The translations under genes were made by a program, and so were the position numbers. From Candidatus Pacearchaeota archaeon (GTDB taxonomy: Archaea; Nanobdellota; Nanobdellia; Pacearchaeales; GW2011-AR1), in assembly GCA_017609915.1 (NCBI GenBank), contig JAFCDA010000001.1, forward strand, positions 5,033-69,032: DNA of 64,000 nt, given 5' to 3'. Positions 17,824-28,224 of this stretch are shown here, piece after piece (position 1 is the first letter of the stretch; each line of letters begins with the position of its first letter). A model generated the notes under the pieces. The model saw only the letters and a program-made list of their open reading frames with translations. It did not search any database and was not told where the DNA came from.

Positions 17824-18911
17824 TTCCTTTTGGAAATTTAAAAAAACATTATAGTTTAATAAAATCTAATATTGATAAAGCTATATCTGATGTTTTGCAA
17901 GGAGGGTGGTTTATTTTAGGAGAAACATTAAAATCATTTGAAAAAGAATTTGCAGAGTATTGTGGCAAGAAATATGGGGTTGGTGTTGGAAATGGGACAG
18001 ATGCTTTATTATTAGCATTAAAAGCGTACGGAATCAAGCAAGGTGATGAGGTGATAAGTGTTCCAAATACAGCTATTCCAACAATTTCGGCTATTGTTAG
18101 TTCTGGGGCAAAGCCTGTTTTTGTAGATGTTGGTGAAGATTATTTAATAGATGTTAATAAAATAGAGGCAGCTATAACTGAAAAAACAAAAGCAATTATG
18201 CCTGTGCATTTATATGGTCAAGTTTGTGATATGGAACCTATATTAAAAATAGCTGAAAAATATAATCTTCATGTTATAGAAGATTGTGCACAATCTCATG
18301 GAGCAGAATATAAAGAAAAAAAATCTCCTATTGGAGAAACTGGATGTTTTAGTTTTTATCCAAGTAAAAACTTAGGTGCTTTTGGAGATGCAGGAATGAT
18401 TGTGACAGATAATGAAGACTTAGCAAAAAAATTAAGAATGTTAAGAGATTATGGAAAATCAGAAAGAAATAGTGCTAAACTTCATGGATATAATAGCAGA
18501 TTAGATGATATTCAAGCAGCAATATTAAGTGTTAAATTAAAATATCTTGATATGTGGAATAATGAAAGAAGAAAAATTGCTTTTATATATGATATTTTAT
18601 TAAAAAATAATTTTAAAATCCCTATAGAAAACAAAAATAACAAACATGTTTATCATTTGTATGTTATAAAAACAGATAAAAGAGATGAATTACAAAATTT
18701 TTTGAAAAATAAAGGAATTGGAAGTGTGATCCATTACCCAATACCAATCCATTTACAACCTGCTTATGAATATTTAGGATATAAAGAAGGAGATTTTCCA
18801 AAAGCTGAGCAATATGCAAGTGAAATTCTTTCATTACCTATTTTTCCTGAATTAGAAAATGAAGAAATTCAGGAAGTTGTTAAGGTAATTAAAGAGTTTT
18901 TTGAAAATTAG
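17820..18911 (+). CDS. DegT/DnrJ/EryC1/StrS family PLP-dependent sugar aminotransferase
   Basis: GNGTDALLLAL, HLYGQ, EDCAQSHGA, SFYPSKNLGAFGDAG (PLP lysine). 4-nt overlap with the upstream SDR gene. Confidence 0.85.
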   Translation: MIPFGNLKKHYSLIKSNIDKAISDVLQGGWFILGETLKSFEKEFAEYCGKKYGVGVGNGTDALLLALKAYGIKQGDEVISVPNTAIPTISAIVSSGAKPVFVDVGEDYLIDVNKIEAAITEKTKAIMPVHLYGQVCDMEPILKIAEKYNLHVIEDCAQSHGAEYKEKKSPIGETGCFSFYPSKNLGAFGDAGMIVTDNEDLAKKLRMLRDYGKSERNSAKLHGYNSRLDDIQAAILSVKLKYLDMWNNERRKIAFIYDILLKNNFKIPIENKNNKHVYHLYVIKTDKRDELQNFLKNKGIGSVIHYPIPIHLQPAYEYLGYKEGDFPKAEQYASEILSLPIFPELENEEIQEVVKVIKEFFEN

Positions 18912-19023
18912 AAGGTGAATAAACTAATATCTTATAAGTATAGGAAAGATATTCAATGAGGAGCTTAAACTTATCAGATAATAAAACTTAAGATTTATAG
19001 AGATATTTAAAATAAAATATAAA

Positions 19024-19932
19024 ATGAATGGAGAAAATTTTTTTAAAAAAAGCTTAATAAAGTCTTATAAAATAGTTAGGGATAGATTTAGTAAATATGG
19101 TTTTGGGAATTTTTATTTTGTTAGAAAAATTAATGCAACTTTTTTAAAATATGTGACGCCTAATTTAATAATAATTAAAGGACATAAAATGTTTTTAGAC
19201 CCCTCAGATTCTTTAAGGCTATCAATATATGGTAATCATGAGACAAATGAAAAAGAGATTTATAAAAAATATATTAAAAAAGGAGATGTTGTTTTAGATG
19301 TTGGAGCCAATATAGGGTATGATACTTTGATTCTTGCAAAACTTGTTGGTAAAAATGGCAGGGTTTTTGCTTTTGAACCAGGCCCGATTAATTTTCAATT
19401 ACTTGAAAAGAATATTAAAATTAATGAATATAATAATGTAACTTTAGTAAATAAAGCAGTTTCAAAAGATAATAAATCGATTAAATTATATTTAAATGAA
19501 ACTAATGGGACAGGACATAAAATAGATGATATAAGTAATTTAGGTGTTAAACTTAACAGAAAATCAATCGATATAGAGTCAATTAAATTAGATGATTTTT
19601 TAAAGAATAAAAAAATTAAAAAAATTGATTTTGTTAAAATAGATGTTGAAGGTTCAGAAAGTGAAGTAATTAAGGGAATGAATAATATTTTTAAAAACAA
19701 TAAATCTTTAAAAATGATATTAGAATTTACTCCTGGTGCACTTAAAAACTATGGAAAAGACCCTAAAAAATATTTAAAAGAATTTATTTCTAAAGGATTT
19801 AAATTATATGAGATACCAGATAAAGGTTCTTTTGATAAAGATAAAATACCAATAAATAATGATAAAGATATTCATGATTTATTAAAAAGATGGGGCAAAA
19901 GTGGAACAAATCTGTTTTGTATAAGGGATTGA
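19024..19932 (+). CDS. FkbM family methyltransferase
   Basis: VLDVGANIGYDTL, VFAFEP, DFVKIDVEGSE motifs. Confidence 0.7.
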   Translation: MNGENFFKKSLIKSYKIVRDRFSKYGFGNFYFVRKINATFLKYVTPNLIIIKGHKMFLDPSDSLRLSIYGNHETNEKEIYKKYIKKGDVVLDVGANIGYDTLILAKLVGKNGRVFAFEPGPINFQLLEKNIKINEYNNVTLVNKAVSKDNKSIKLYLNETNGTGHKIDDISNLGVKLNRKSIDIESIKLDDFLKNKKIKKIDFVKIDVEGSESEVIKGMNNIFKNNKSLKMILEFTPGALKNYGKDPKKYLKEFISKGFKLYEIPDKGSFDKDKIPINNDKDIHDLLKRWGKSGTNLFCIRD

Positions 19933-20001
19933 GATGTATAAACGAAAAACATATATTGCTCCTAAGATAAATTTTTAAACCATTATATTTACTAACTAAT
20001 C

Positions 20002-20973
20002 ATGAAAAAAAAGGAAATTCCTGTTTCATTGGTTATGCTTACTTTTGAGATAGATAAAACTGAACCAGCAATTAGAAATGCTCTTGAACAAGATTATCCT
20101 AATAAAGAAATAATTGTTGTAAATGACAATCCAAAATTAAAAATTCCTGATTCTATACTTAAATTAGAAAAACAACGTAAAATTAAAATTGTAAATAATG
20201 TAAAAAATCTTGGTATGGCAGGAAGTTTAAATGCAGGAATCAAGGCTTCAAAAACTAATACAATATTATTTACTTGTCATGATTATTTTTTTGAAAGTAA
20301 TCAATGGATTAGACATATTGTAGAAAAACTTTATTCTGATAAAAAACTAGGAACTATTGGTTCTGTTGTTAGATTGCCTATAGAAGAATGGAAAAATTAT
20401 AGTTTCTTAAACAAACTTTTTACATTTAGGCATATGCTTAAACCATCACGTAATTTACATAGTTGTTATAAAAGAGAGGTATTTAATAAATTAGGATTAT
20501 TTGATTCAAAAAATTTTAAGCGTGGTGGAGAAGATGGAGATTTTTATTCTAAGGTTATAAAAGCCGGGTATAAAACAGGGTGTATTGAAGATAGCCTAAT
20601 CCATAAACATTATAATAAAGATGATAGTTTATTAAAAATACTTAGAAAAGAATATGAGTATGGAAGATCTCATGGAGCACGTAAAAGAAAAGATGGTCTT
20701 TTTTCAAGACTGGGTTTATTTGATTTTGAAATTCGTATTTTACTTATACTAGGATTTATAATGGGTTTATTTATTCATCCTATAATAAGTTTTCTTTATT
20801 TTTTGCCTTTCTTTTTTGTAGCTTTATTTAAGTGCATTAAAGCATATCCTCAAACAAAATGGATTCCTGGATTAATTCTTTCTCCTTTTGCAGGAGTACT
20901 TATTTTATTAATCCAAACTATTGGGGCAACAAAAGAATATTTAGTCCTTCCTAAAACTAAAAGCAAAAAATAA
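20002..20973 (+). CDS. glycosyltransferase family 2 with C-terminal TM helices
   Basis: VSLVMLTFE..., IIVVNDNP, GEDGDFY. Hydrophobic C-terminus. Confidence 0.65.
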   Translation: MKKKEIPVSLVMLTFEIDKTEPAIRNALEQDYPNKEIIVVNDNPKLKIPDSILKLEKQRKIKIVNNVKNLGMAGSLNAGIKASKTNTILFTCHDYFFESNQWIRHIVEKLYSDKKLGTIGSVVRLPIEEWKNYSFLNKLFTFRHMLKPSRNLHSCYKREVFNKLGLFDSKNFKRGGEDGDFYSKVIKAGYKTGCIEDSLIHKHYNKDDSLLKILRKEYEYGRSHGARKRKDGLFSRLGLFDFEIRILLILGFIMGLFIHPIISFLYFLPFFFVALFKCIKAYPQTKWIPGLILSPFAGVLILLIQTIGATKEYLVLPKTKSKK

Positions 20974-21051
20974 AAGTGTTAAAATTATCTAGATCCTAGA
21001 TATAGATTTCACAACAATAAATCTTTTAAAGGGTTTAAACAAACTTAATCT

Positions 21052-22473
21052 ATGAAAAAAGTGATATTAATGTATCCTAATTGTAGGTGGAAAAAAGGGT
21101 TTGAAAATAAAACCATATGGAACCTTCATCCTTATAATCTTTGTTTACTTTCTGCAATGATAGAACAAGATTATGAAACTAAAATAGTAGATACTAATAT
21201 TGATGATATATCTAAAGAAGATTTTGTAAAGATTATAGAAGAATATAAACCAGATATAGTTGGAATTTCAGTTCTTACAAATGAATATTTAGATTCTGGT
21301 TTAATTGCTGCAGAAATAGTTAAATCAATAAATTCTGAAATAAAAACAGTTATAGGAGGGGTTGCAACTTTTGATCCTGAATCTATAATTAAAAATGAAA
21401 ACATTGATTATGTTGTAGTGGGTGAAGGAGAATTTACTTTTAAAAAATTATGTAATCATATTTTTAGTGATGGAGATTTGCCATCTAAAGGCCTTGTTTT
21501 TAAAAAAGATGGAGAAATAATAAATCTTGGTCGTTCAGATTTTATAGAAGATTTAGATAGTCTTCCTTTTCCATCATATGATAAAGTTGATTATTTAAAA
21601 TATGCTAATTCAATTCAAAGAGAAAGTGTAGATAGCCCAAGAGAAATGCCTTATGCAAACATAATAACATCAAGAGGCTGTCCTTATAATTGTTGTTTTT
21701 GCCAGGCTGGAAAAATTTCTGGTAAAAAACCAAGGTTTCGTAGTGTAGAAAATATTCTTAAGGAAATTAGTTGGTTAAAAGAAAAATATGGAATAAAAGC
21801 TCTTATTTTTGATGATGATAATCTTCTTGTTGATAAAGAAAGAGCTAAAAATTTATTTAGGGGAATGATTGATAGAGGATTTAATCTAAAATGGAATGCT
21901 ATTGCTATGGCTGCATTTAAATTAGACGAAGAAATGATAGATTTAATGAAAAAAAGTGGATGTCAATATGTAGATATTGCTATTGAATCAGGTGTTGAAA
22001 GAGTACTTCATGATATTATTCATAAACCTTTAAATTTAGAACATGCAAGAGAAGTTCGAGATTTATTAAAAAAATATGAGATTGATTTTGCTGCAAATTT
22101 TATTATGGGATTTCCAGGAGAAACCTGGGATGAAATTAGAAAAACAATTAAATTTGCAGAAGAATTTGATGCAGATTATACTAAAATATTTATTGCAACA
22201 CCTTTACCAAACACAGAATTATATGAAGTTGCCAGAGAAAAAGGTTATTTAAAAGAAAATTTTAGTTTTGATAAACACTTATGGACTGATGGATGGATAG
22301 AAACTGAAGAATTTCGTCCAGAAGATCTAAAAATCTTAAGGGCATATGAATGGGATAGGATAAATTTCTCAAGCCCAGAAAAAATAAAAAAAATTATCTC
22401 TATGATGGACATTAGTGTAGAAAGACTTAATGAGATAAGAAAAAATACACGCAAGAGGGCAAACCCTCAATAA
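21052..22473 (+). CDS. B12-binding-domain radical SAM protein (3 of 3)
   Basis: N-terminal B12-like domain (VVGEGE) and CPYNCCFC cluster motif. 473 aa. Confidence 0.8.
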   Translation: MKKVILMYPNCRWKKGFENKTIWNLHPYNLCLLSAMIEQDYETKIVDTNIDDISKEDFVKIIEEYKPDIVGISVLTNEYLDSGLIAAEIVKSINSEIKTVIGGVATFDPESIIKNENIDYVVVGEGEFTFKKLCNHIFSDGDLPSKGLVFKKDGEIINLGRSDFIEDLDSLPFPSYDKVDYLKYANSIQRESVDSPREMPYANIITSRGCPYNCCFCQAGKISGKKPRFRSVENILKEISWLKEKYGIKALIFDDDNLLVDKERAKNLFRGMIDRGFNLKWNAIAMAAFKLDEEMIDLMKKSGCQYVDIAIESGVERVLHDIIHKPLNLEHAREVRDLLKKYEIDFAANFIMGFPGETWDEIRKTIKFAEEFDADYTKIFIATPLPNTELYEVAREKGYLKENFSFDKHLWTDGWIETEEFRPEDLKILRAYEWDRINFSSPEKIKKIISMMDISVERLNEIRKNTRKRANPQ

Positions 22474-22483
22474 ACTTTATAAA

Positions 22484-23134
22484 ATGAGTCCAAATTTAAA
22501 AAATCTTTCAGATGAAGAAAAAGAAATTAAGATGATTGAGTTTGTAAAAGAGATTGTTGAATTATGGGAAGCTGCAAAAATACCTTATCCTATTCATTTT
22601 AGTGGGGGAAATGAAAAAGAATTAATTAAAATCTTTTCTGAAATTAAAGAAGGAGATTATGTTTTTTCTACGCATAGGGGGCATTATCATTATTTATTAA
22701 AAGGTGGAGATTTTGAAAAGTTAAAAGAATTTATTTTAAGAGGAGATAGTATGCATATTTTTGATAAAGATTTAAAATTTCTTACATCTGCTATTGTTGC
22801 TGGAACTCCCTCTATTGCTGCAGGAGTTGCTTATGCTTTAAAAAAGAAAAATAGTGAAAATAAAGTATGGTGTTTTATTGGAGATGGGGCAGAAGATGAA
22901 GGGCATTTTTATGAAGCAGTTAGGTATGTTGATGGATGGGATTTGCCATGCACATTTATTATAGAAGATAATGATCGGTCTGTTGAAACTCCAAAAAGTG
23001 AAAGATATGGAAAATCTCAAATTCAGTGGCCATCATGTGTTAGAAGATATATGTACAAGCCAAAATATCCTCATGTAGCAACTGAAAATTGGGTTGATTT
23101 TTCAGGAATGAAAGCTGGAGGTCCTTCTTTTTAA
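22484..23134 (+). CDS. TPP-dependent dehydrogenase E1 alpha-like protein (short form)
   Basis: TPP motif IGDGAEDEGHFYEAVRYVDGWDLPCTFIIEDND (GDG...N). 216 aa versus ~320 aa for typical E1 alpha. Confidence 0.6.
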   Translation: MSPNLKNLSDEEKEIKMIEFVKEIVELWEAAKIPYPIHFSGGNEKELIKIFSEIKEGDYVFSTHRGHYHYLLKGGDFEKLKEFILRGDSMHIFDKDLKFLTSAIVAGTPSIAAGVAYALKKKNSENKVWCFIGDGAEDEGHFYEAVRYVDGWDLPCTFIIEDNDRSVETPKSERYGKSQIQWPSCVRRYMYKPKYPHVATENWVDFSGMKAGGPSF

Positions 23135-24774
23135 TGAAATATAAAGAATTAATTAGTGAAGAAATGAAAAAATTAGCAAAAAATGATAAAACTGTCTTTA
23201 TAGGATATAATATTAAAAGAGGTTCAAAAGCTTATGGGACCTTAACAGATGTTCAAGATAAATGTATTGAAATGCCCCTTGCAGAAAATTTAATGACAAG
23301 TTTTGCTATTGGCATGTCTTTAGAAGGCTATAAACCAGTAGTTTTCTTTGAGAGACAAGATTTTATTTTAAATGCCTTAGACTCTATTGTTAATCATTTA
23401 GATAAAATTAAAGAAATGTCTAAAGGAGAATTTGAAACTCCTATAATAATCAGAGCCCCTGTAGGCGGCAAAAAACCTTTAGATCCTGGGATGCAGCATA
23501 CTCAAGATTTTAGTGAGGTATTGAAAAAAATTATTAAATTTCCAGTTTATGAATTAAAAACTGAAGAAGATTTTGCTAATTATTCTAAAATTATTCAAAA
23601 TATAAAAGAACCAACCCTTTTTATAGAGTATAAGGACCTTTATGGAAAAGAAATTGAGCAAAAAGAAAAAATAATTCTTGATAGTCATAAATTAATCTGG
23701 CATACAGAAAGAGTTAATGCATGGTTAAGAGGAGAAAGAATTGCTCCTATAACAATAGATTGCGCATTAACCAGGAGATGTAATTATAGATGTACTTATT
23801 GTTATGGACAATTACAAGCAAATGATGAAAAAAAGATGACTTTAGAGGTAATTCAAAGATTTTTAAAAGATGCTTCTGAAATAGGGGTAAAAGCTGTAAG
23901 TTTTGTAAGTGATGGAGAAAGTTCATGCTCTCCTCATCTTTATGATTCAATAATTTATGGGAAAAAACAAGGACTAGATATGGCTCTTGGAACAAATGGG
24001 TCTTTGCTTAAAAAAGAAGGGCTTAAAGAAGCAATAGAGTGCTTAACCTATCTTAGATTTAATATTTCTGCTGGAGAAAAAGAACGATATAAAGAAATAC
24101 ATGGATGTTCTGATTTAGATTATGATAAAACAATTGAAAATATTAAAGAATGTGTAAAAATAAAAAAAGAAAATAATTTAGATGTTACAATTGGTTTACA
24201 AATGGTTCTCATGTCTGAATTTAAAGACCAAATAATTCCTTTAACAAAATTAGGAAAAGAACTAGGAGTTGATTATTTAGTTATTAAACATTGTAGTGAT
24301 GATGAAGAAGGTAGTTTAGGAATAGATTATGATAAATATTTTGATAAAGATTTAATTGAAAAAATAAAAGAAGCTGAATCTTATTCAGATGAAAATTACT
24401 TAGTTAAAGCAAAATGGTCAAAAATCTTAAGTGGGGGAAAAAGAAATTATTCACGATGTTTTGGACCTCCTTTTATCTTACAGATGTCTGGTTCTGGATT
24501 AGTTGCTCCTTGCGGAATGTTTTTTAATGATAAATATGAAAAATATCATATTGGAAATATAGCTGAAAAATCTTTTAAAGAGATTTGGGAAAGCGATAGA
24601 TATTGGGAAGTTATGGATTTAATTGCTTCTGAAGATTTTGATGCAAAAACAATGTGTGGAACTTTATGCTTGCAGCATAAAGTAAATGAATATCTCTGGG
24701 ATTTAAAAGATAAAGGGGTAACTAATATAGATGTACCAGAAGGAGAAGCTCCAATGCATCTTAATTTTATTTGA
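23134..24774 (+). CDS. fusion protein: E1 beta-like (transketolase pyrimidine-binding) N-domain + radical SAM domain
   Basis: aa 1-~175 carry MPLAENLMTSFAIGMSLEGYKPVVFFERQDFILNALDSIVNH (E1-beta/Transket_pyr-like). aa ~185-546 are radical SAM with C216NYRC220TYC223. Confidence 0.65.
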   Translation: MKYKELISEEMKKLAKNDKTVFIGYNIKRGSKAYGTLTDVQDKCIEMPLAENLMTSFAIGMSLEGYKPVVFFERQDFILNALDSIVNHLDKIKEMSKGEFETPIIIRAPVGGKKPLDPGMQHTQDFSEVLKKIIKFPVYELKTEEDFANYSKIIQNIKEPTLFIEYKDLYGKEIEQKEKIILDSHKLIWHTERVNAWLRGERIAPITIDCALTRRCNYRCTYCYGQLQANDEKKMTLEVIQRFLKDASEIGVKAVSFVSDGESSCSPHLYDSIIYGKKQGLDMALGTNGSLLKKEGLKEAIECLTYLRFNISAGEKERYKEIHGCSDLDYDKTIENIKECVKIKKENNLDVTIGLQMVLMSEFKDQIIPLTKLGKELGVDYLVIKHCSDDEEGSLGIDYDKYFDKDLIEKIKEAESYSDENYLVKAKWSKILSGGKRNYSRCFGPPFILQMSGSGLVAPCGMFFNDKYEKYHIGNIAEKSFKEIWESDRYWEVMDLIASEDFDAKTMCGTLCLQHKVNEYLWDLKDKGVTNIDVPEGEAPMHLNFI

Positions 24775-24938
24775 ATAAAAAATAATCTTAAAATATTAAA
24801 AGGTAACTAAATAATATCCATATCTTGATAAGAATAACGAGTGAGAAAAAGATTTGTAAAGCTTTAAAATGAGTAGAGATTCAAGATGGTTTGCATAACT
24901 TAAAGATATAATAAGATTCCAGTAAATAATATAAAAAA

Positions 24939-25997
24939 ATGGCAGTAGATAGTAAAATTGACGGGCATAAATTAATCCTGCATCCAAAAAGGGTGGCTGA
25001 ATGGAAAGAAAAAGGAGATTGTTATCCAATATATATTGAGATAGGTCCTACAAATATATGTAATCATAGATGTATTTTTTGTGCTTTAGATTATCTTGGA
25101 CATGAAGGATTTAATATAGACACAGAACTTATGATTAATACCTTAAAAGAAATCGGGGAAAAGGGTGTTAAATCTATAATGTTTGCCGGAGAAGGAGAAC
25201 CTCTTGCGCATAAAGATATTGGATTATTTGTTCAAACAGCAAAACAATCTGGAATAGATGTTTCTATTACAACAAATGGGGTATTATTTAATAAAGAAAA
25301 AGCAGAACAATTTCTTCATCATTTATCTTGGATAAGGTTTAGTATTGATGCTGGAACTTCTGAAACTTATAATAAAGTTCATAGAGGGGGAGAAAATGAT
25401 TTTAACAAAGTTATAGAAAACATAAAAAATGCTGTTGAAATTAAAAAAGCAAAAAATCTAAACACTGTGATTGGAATTCAGTTTTTAATGATTCCTGATA
25501 ATCTAAATGATGTTCTTAAACTTGCTCAAATAGCAAAAGATATTGGGGCAGATAATTTGCAAATAAAACCTTATTCTCAGCATCCAAAAAGTGAAAATAG
25601 TTTAGTACTATATTATGAAGATTATGCGCATTTAGAAAAAGAACTTGAAAAGTTTAATTCACCTGATTTTAAAATCTTCTTTAGAAAACAGACAATGCAA
25701 AGAGTTGAACAAGGAATCAATTATTCTGGATGTCATGGGCTTCCATTTTTTGCTCTAATAGATGCAAAAGGAAACATAATTCCATGCAATCTTTTTTATG
25801 ATATTCCAGAATTTACATATGGAAATTTACATGAAAACAGTTTTTCAGAAATTTGGAAAAGTGAAAAAAGACAACAAGTTTTACAAAGAATAAGAGAAAA
25901 AGGAATTGAAGATTGCAGACATGCATGTAGATTAGATGTTATTAACAGATATTTACAAAGATTAAAAAATCCTCAATCACATGATAATTTTGTGTGA
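24939..25997 (+). CDS. radical SAM protein, paralog of the C-terminal domain of 23134..24774
   Basis: HKLILHPKRVAEWKEK...CNHRCIFC parallels HKLIWHTERVNAWLRG...CNYRCTYC. Collinear similarity runs to the C-terminus (HDNFV vs HLNFI). Confidence 0.75.
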   Translation: MAVDSKIDGHKLILHPKRVAEWKEKGDCYPIYIEIGPTNICNHRCIFCALDYLGHEGFNIDTELMINTLKEIGEKGVKSIMFAGEGEPLAHKDIGLFVQTAKQSGIDVSITTNGVLFNKEKAEQFLHHLSWIRFSIDAGTSETYNKVHRGGENDFNKVIENIKNAVEIKKAKNLNTVIGIQFLMIPDNLNDVLKLAQIAKDIGADNLQIKPYSQHPKSENSLVLYYEDYAHLEKELEKFNSPDFKIFFRKQTMQRVEQGINYSGCHGLPFFALIDAKGNIIPCNLFYDIPEFTYGNLHENSFSEIWKSEKRQQVLQRIREKGIEDCRHACRLDVINRYLQRLKNPQSHDNFV

Positions 25998-26067
25998 TTG
26001 AGTTAACAAATCATAACTACGGAAAATTTTTAAATGAGGTATCAATTAAATAAAAATAATAAAAAAG

Positions 26068-27015
26068 ATGATGAATAAAGTATTAATTATAAAAACTGGG
26101 TATTCTGAGGTTTTAGATAGAAGAAATAATTCAAGAGTAGTAAGTTTTGGAGATGTATTAAGAACAACTCCATTATTACATCTTTATAAAGACAATCATA
26201 TAACTTGGGTCACAGATGAAAAAGCGATTCCATTACTTAAACACAACCATTTAATTAATCGTCTACTCGTTTTAGATTTTATTTCAATATCTCAATTACA
26301 AACAGAAGAATTTGATGTTGTGATAAATCTTGAAAAAATTCCTGGAATATGTGCACTTGCAGACAAAATAAGAGCAAGAAGAAATAGATATGGATTTACT
26401 TTTAATAGTCAAACTGGAGAAGCAGAAGCATATGATAAATCCCATGATATCCTTAGCCTGAGTACAAATCAAGAATTAAAAAGAAGTAATAAAAAAACTG
26501 CCCAAGAACTTTTATTTGAAATAGTTGGGGAAGAATGGAAAGGGGAAGAATATGTTCTTGGATATCAACCTAAAACAGAGGAAAAATACACTGTTGGTTT
26601 AAACAGCATTGTAGGACTTAAATGGCCAACTAAAGCCTGGCCAGCAGAAAATTGGGATGAATTAACTGAAATATTAAAAAATGGAGGGATAGTAGTAAGC
26701 AGACAAGACCAACAACCTAAAGAAACATTAACAGACCTCTTTAAGTATATGGATTGGATAAATTCTTGTAAATTAATTGTTAGCAATGATAGTCTTGGAA
26801 TGCATTTGGGAATAGCATTAAAGAAAAAAATTTTAGGATTATTTGGAGCAACATCTCCTTATGAAGTGCATTTTTATGGTGATGGAAAACCAATTATGCC
26901 AAATCCTATCCCAAGTTGTTTACCTTGTTTTAGAGGTTCTTGTGAAAGAAGAAAAAATTGTATAAATGAGATTACTCCTGAAAAAGTATATCAAGAGATT
27001 AGGAAGCTTATATAA
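26068..27015 (+). CDS. glycosyltransferase family 9-like protein (second copy) with Cys-rich C-terminus
   Basis: VLIIKTGYSEVL...FGDVLRTTPLL, SNDSLGMHLGIAL. C-terminal CLPCFRGSCERRKNC. Confidence 0.65.
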   Translation: MMNKVLIIKTGYSEVLDRRNNSRVVSFGDVLRTTPLLHLYKDNHITWVTDEKAIPLLKHNHLINRLLVLDFISISQLQTEEFDVVINLEKIPGICALADKIRARRNRYGFTFNSQTGEAEAYDKSHDILSLSTNQELKRSNKKTAQELLFEIVGEEWKGEEYVLGYQPKTEEKYTVGLNSIVGLKWPTKAWPAENWDELTEILKNGGIVVSRQDQQPKETLTDLFKYMDWINSCKLIVSNDSLGMHLGIALKKKILGLFGATSPYEVHFYGDGKPIMPNPIPSCLPCFRGSCERRKNCINEITPEKVYQEIRKLI

Positions 27016-27066
27016 AATATATTCAATAAGAATCATCTTTAAAAACAAATCTTTTTTGCAATAAGA

Positions 27067-28032
27067 ATGAATAAAAAAGATTTAGAAACATATGGTTCTG
27101 GTTTATTAGATTTTCATACTCATTCAACTTTCTCTGATGGGGGAGATACCCCAACACAACTTGTAGAAAGAGCTAAAAAACAGGGGGTTACTGCAATGGC
27201 TTTAACAGACCATCATGGTCATAAAGGATTACCTGAATTTATAGCTGCATGTAAGCAATATGATATATTTCCAATACCTTTTGGAGTTGAAATTGCTGCA
27301 GAACTTCCTGAAAAAGTTTTAACACCACAAGATATGTCTTCTCCTGATTTAATTATTCTTGGAAAAAATCCAAATGTAAAACCTATGAAAGGATATCAAG
27401 AAATATATTTTAATGATTTGGAAAAAAGGCATTTACCTGAAATATTAGCTGGATTAAGAAAGGTTGGTTTTGAATTACCTGTTGTAAATCTAAAAGAACA
27501 ATGTGCTTCTTTTCATGCTCCTCCAGATATACTTCATGATTTTGTTCATTATAAAAAAAATATGCAAGTTTTAAAAAATTATGTTAAAACAAAGGATTCA
27601 AATGTTAGTGATGCAGACATTGAAAAAAAACCAATAGCATTTGCTAATAGATGGTTATATGCTGTAGGTATGCCTGCTTATACAGCAAGATTTAAAGGTT
27701 TTAGCCTTGATAGTGCACTTCAATTAGTTGAAGAGATGAACTGTAAACTATTTATTGCACACCCTGGAGGAGATTATGGGTTTTTAACAGATGCTATGTT
27801 AAATTATTTTACTGAGAAGAAAATCCATGGAATTGAGATAAGAAGTTATCTTAACAGCCCTGAACAAAATGCTAAATTTGATAAATTAGCTAAAGAACAC
27901 AATCTAATAAGATCTGGAGGTTCTGATTGTCATGGTGCCAAGGGGCCTTTTAGAATGGGAATATATGATCGTCCACAAAATCAACTTCCTAAAGATGTTT
28001 TAGAAGAGCTTATGGACTGGTTGCCTTCTTAA
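27067..28032 (+). CDS. PHP-domain metal-dependent phosphoesterase
   Basis: DFHTHSTFSDGGDTP, ALTDHH, GGSDCHG. Confidence 0.75.
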   Translation: MNKKDLETYGSGLLDFHTHSTFSDGGDTPTQLVERAKKQGVTAMALTDHHGHKGLPEFIAACKQYDIFPIPFGVEIAAELPEKVLTPQDMSSPDLIILGKNPNVKPMKGYQEIYFNDLEKRHLPEILAGLRKVGFELPVVNLKEQCASFHAPPDILHDFVHYKKNMQVLKNYVKTKDSNVSDADIEKKPIAFANRWLYAVGMPAYTARFKGFSLDSALQLVEEMNCKLFIAHPGGDYGFLTDAMLNYFTEKKIHGIEIRSYLNSPEQNAKFDKLAKEHNLIRSGGSDCHGAKGPFRMGIYDRPQNQLPKDVLEELMDWLPS

Positions 28033-28224
28033 TTATTAGTTTAAATTCTTTCTTCAACATTATTCTCTAAAATATATATCTTTCCTACAATAGTTTTTTT
28101 AAAGGAGTTTTTATAATCTTTAATATCCTTAATTTAAAACTATCACATATAAAACTTAAAGTTCCACACCTCAATTGTGTATAACTTGATTATGTAAAGA
28201 TATTGAATTAATAAAATAAAAAAG

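Noticed and set aside
24796-25029. 77-aa minus-strand ORF
   Set aside because: It spans the promoter and start of the radical SAM gene 24939. The sequence is hydrophobic and low-complexity with no support.
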